Below are positions 62,129 through 64,000 of a stretch of 64,000 bases of DNA, in pieces. The translations under genes were made by a program, and so were the position numbers. Every line of letters begins with the position of its first letter. Within the stretch, counting starts at the first letter, position 1. The notes under the pieces were generated by a model that worked only from the letters and a program-made list of their open reading frames with translations, did not search any database and was not told the DNA's origin. The stretch comes from Longimicrobiales bacterium (GTDB lineage Bacteria; Gemmatimonadota; Gemmatimonadetes; Longimicrobiales; Gaopeijiaceae): the NCBI GenBank assembly GCA_965218295.1, contig CBDCKN010000015.1, positions 491,348 through 555,347 of the forward strand, read 5' to 3'.

Positions 62129-62427
62129 TCGGCCAGCCGTGAAGCTGTCGAACGAGTGAAGGAGCTCTATGACCGCGTTAGAACAGCAGTTGACGAAGGC
62201 CTTGCGGACGTTGTCCGCGCAGTACGAGCAGGCGCAGCAGCAGCACGCCGAGCAAGTCGAGACCTTGCGGCGGCAGGTCGAAGCCTTGGAGCGGCCGTTC
62301 CCGCGGCCGTGAGCGGCCAAACGACATACTTGGCCCAGGACTACAGGACGCTCGGCGAGACGTTACGCAGGCGCTGGAGGTGACGCGCCAGCGGGGGCGA
62401 GTGCGCGATCACGGTCCGAGCCGCTAG
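62129..62427 (+). pseudogene. Degenerate second copy of the mobA 3' end/mbeD
   Basis: Similar to ~29565-29880 (MTALEQQLTKALRTLSAQY; GGTCCGAGCCGCTAG). Confidence 0.75.
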
Positions 62428-62506
62428 TGGTTCTAGGAGCGAATCGGCTCCGGCACCACCCGTATTCGTTGCGCCACCGGTAGTACGTCTGCTCGTCCTG
62501 ATGGAT

Positions 62507-62621
62507 GGTCTCACCGACGCCAGGAAGGCCGCAAAGGCCAGGAAGGAGGAGGCTAAGACGAAGGCAGCCTAGACACAGCTCCGGCGAGGGCCAACTGTCA
62601 GGTCATTACCATCTCTGTACA
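62507..62621 (+). mobile_element. IS481 terminal fragment
   Basis: Reverse complement of ~34061-34175. Confidence 0.85.
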
Positions 62622-62646
62622 TGATGGACGGTCAAATAACTGCCCC

Positions 62647-62730
62647 CGCCCGTGGCGACGGCTCCTATCCCAAGCTCATCCAGTGGCTCACCAGGACCTG
62701 CCTCCCTATCCTCGACGACCGCTACGATCC
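62647..62730 (+). pseudogene. IS21 IstB fragment
   Basis: ARGDGSYPKLI..L.....ILDD. Confidence 0.55.
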
Positions 62731-62856
62731 GAAGATCAGGAAAGGGACGATCTCAGCCCACTTGATCCAATTCTCAACCAATGCATCTAGTCGACCTTGA
62801 TGCTAGTGCGGGATACCTAGAGGCAGGTGCATACTGCATGTGCTACGGCCGACATC

Positions 62857-63651
62857 TTATCTCGGGATCGAAAAACTGGTTGGAACGGATGACATGGGAA
62901 AGCGCAGACCCAGGCGCCATCGAGCACGGATGCAATAGAACCCCAAACGAACATCTCCTACAAGCGCTACTAACCATGGAGCCCGATATGCGGTGCGAGT
63001 TTCACATAAATTGTGGATTAATTGATCATCGACAACTCCCAAGGATCGCCGAAATATTTTTACGATACTACTACGAGGTATTCTTCCTGCAGACGCCACA
63101 TCCTCATACTCCTCTGGGAGTTTCGGTATATCATCGTAGTTGAAATTTAGAATTAACTCGAAAAATGGACGATACGCATCAGTGACTTGTCGAATGAATT
63201 CATCATCGAAAATCAAAGCGTTCTTGTGCAGAGAGGCGTTTATTTCGAGGAATGTTTCGCAAAATGTCATTCCGTGATTTTTCATCATGTCCAAGGCACT
63301 CTCAGCATCTTTAGGAACATCTAAGTCTTTTTGAGCAATTCTATCGATATCTGTGATCGCCCACCAACCCAGGAAGAATGTTTGCAAGGAATACTCGATA
63401 TCAACGGCTTTATGGTAAATTTCCTCTATCAGTTCAATACGCCTTCGATGTAAATAGTTCTCGTGAATACTTAGCCGAGCAATGTCTTTGGAGAATTCGG
63501 CGCGAATAGTTTCAAGGTGAATTAATTGTTGCTGTTCATAGTCACTTCTAAGAGACTGAATCTGATAAGACATCCAGGACCGAAAGAAGTATCCTGCCAC
63601 TGCTACGACGACTCCAGTCGTTCCCAATTGAGTCAGAAGGTCCTGGATCAT
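62857..63651 (-). CDS. Low-GC hypothetical protein with N-terminal TM and coiled coil
   Basis: AT-rich ORF with CAGGGAG RBS-like site; LH.RR.E.I.EIY motif. The C-terminus may be read-through. Confidence 0.65.
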   Translation of the reverse strand: MIQDLLTQLGTTGVVVAVAGYFFRSWMSYQIQSLRSDYEQQQLIHLETIRAEFSKDIARLSIHENYLHRRRIELIEEIYHKAVDIEYSLQTFFLGWWAITDIDRIAQKDLDVPKDAESALDMMKNHGMTFCETFLEINASLHKNALIFDDEFIRQVTDAYRPFFELILNFNYDDIPKLPEEYEDVASAGRIPRSSIVKIFRRSLGVVDDQLIHNLCETRTAYRAPWLVALVGDVRLGFYCIRARWRLGLRFPMSSVPTSFSIPR

Positions 63652-63929
63652 TATTCGTTCTCCCTGTGCCGCATGAAGAATACGTCTGGCTTAGAAATGT
63701 GGAGAGCTAATACAACTCCACTTACTTCCGTTTATCATGGCTCTAAGGGTGAAGATGCCCTTGGCGAATACACATAATGTTCAATTGTTGGCCAGCTTCT
63801 GTATGTCTCAAGTGCATAAGAATACGGTTTTTCCCAAGGCGAGCGCGGCAGGTCCTACGGCGAAATTCAGGGGCGAACCCCAAACCGCCTTCTCACGAAG
63901 ACCGGGCAGCCCTGCGCAGAGTTCCTTCA

Positions 63930-64000
63930 TCCGCGACTGCTGACAGTGCTGGACGAGCACACGAGGGAGTGCCTGGCGATCGTGGGGCGGGGAGCCCTCG
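63930..64000 (+). pseudogene. IS3/IS407 orfB fragment
   Basis: RLLTVLDEHTRECLAI. Confidence 0.6.

Noticed and set aside
1..64000. CRISPR array or cas genes
   Set aside because: No regularly spaced repeats or cas motifs seen by eye.

Overview
Accessory, IS-riddled mobile and defence region of a high-GC bacterium. An Ig-like lipoprotein, a Sel1 protein and a TonB receptor suggest a host-associated Gemmatimonadota-like organism (inference only). From left to right the window holds: (1) IS-disrupted DUF2971 and Type ISP/IIG R-M genes. (2) An ICE-like T4SS operon (alpA, virB2-3-4-9-10-5-6-8) ending in an unknown wHTH-like gene followed by a covarying structured non-coding element. (3) A ~20.5 kb integrative mobilizable element (16188-36650, 8-bp core CCCTACGG) inserted into the tail of that structured element; it carries a P4-like integrase, ColE1-type oriT/mbeCABD, higBA, Type I R-M, a HEPN gene and an IS66 with a DUF4338 passenger. 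(4) A virD4-like gene truncated beside a second P4-like integrase. (5) A decayed mosaic with a self-nested IS3, HEPN and HNH genes, two more copies of the gene-plus-structure module, a stand-alone UG/Abi-like reverse transcriptase with an unusual HGDD motif and a structured leader, a TonB-dependent receptor, and many IS fragments. No rRNA, tRNA or CRISPR array was seen.
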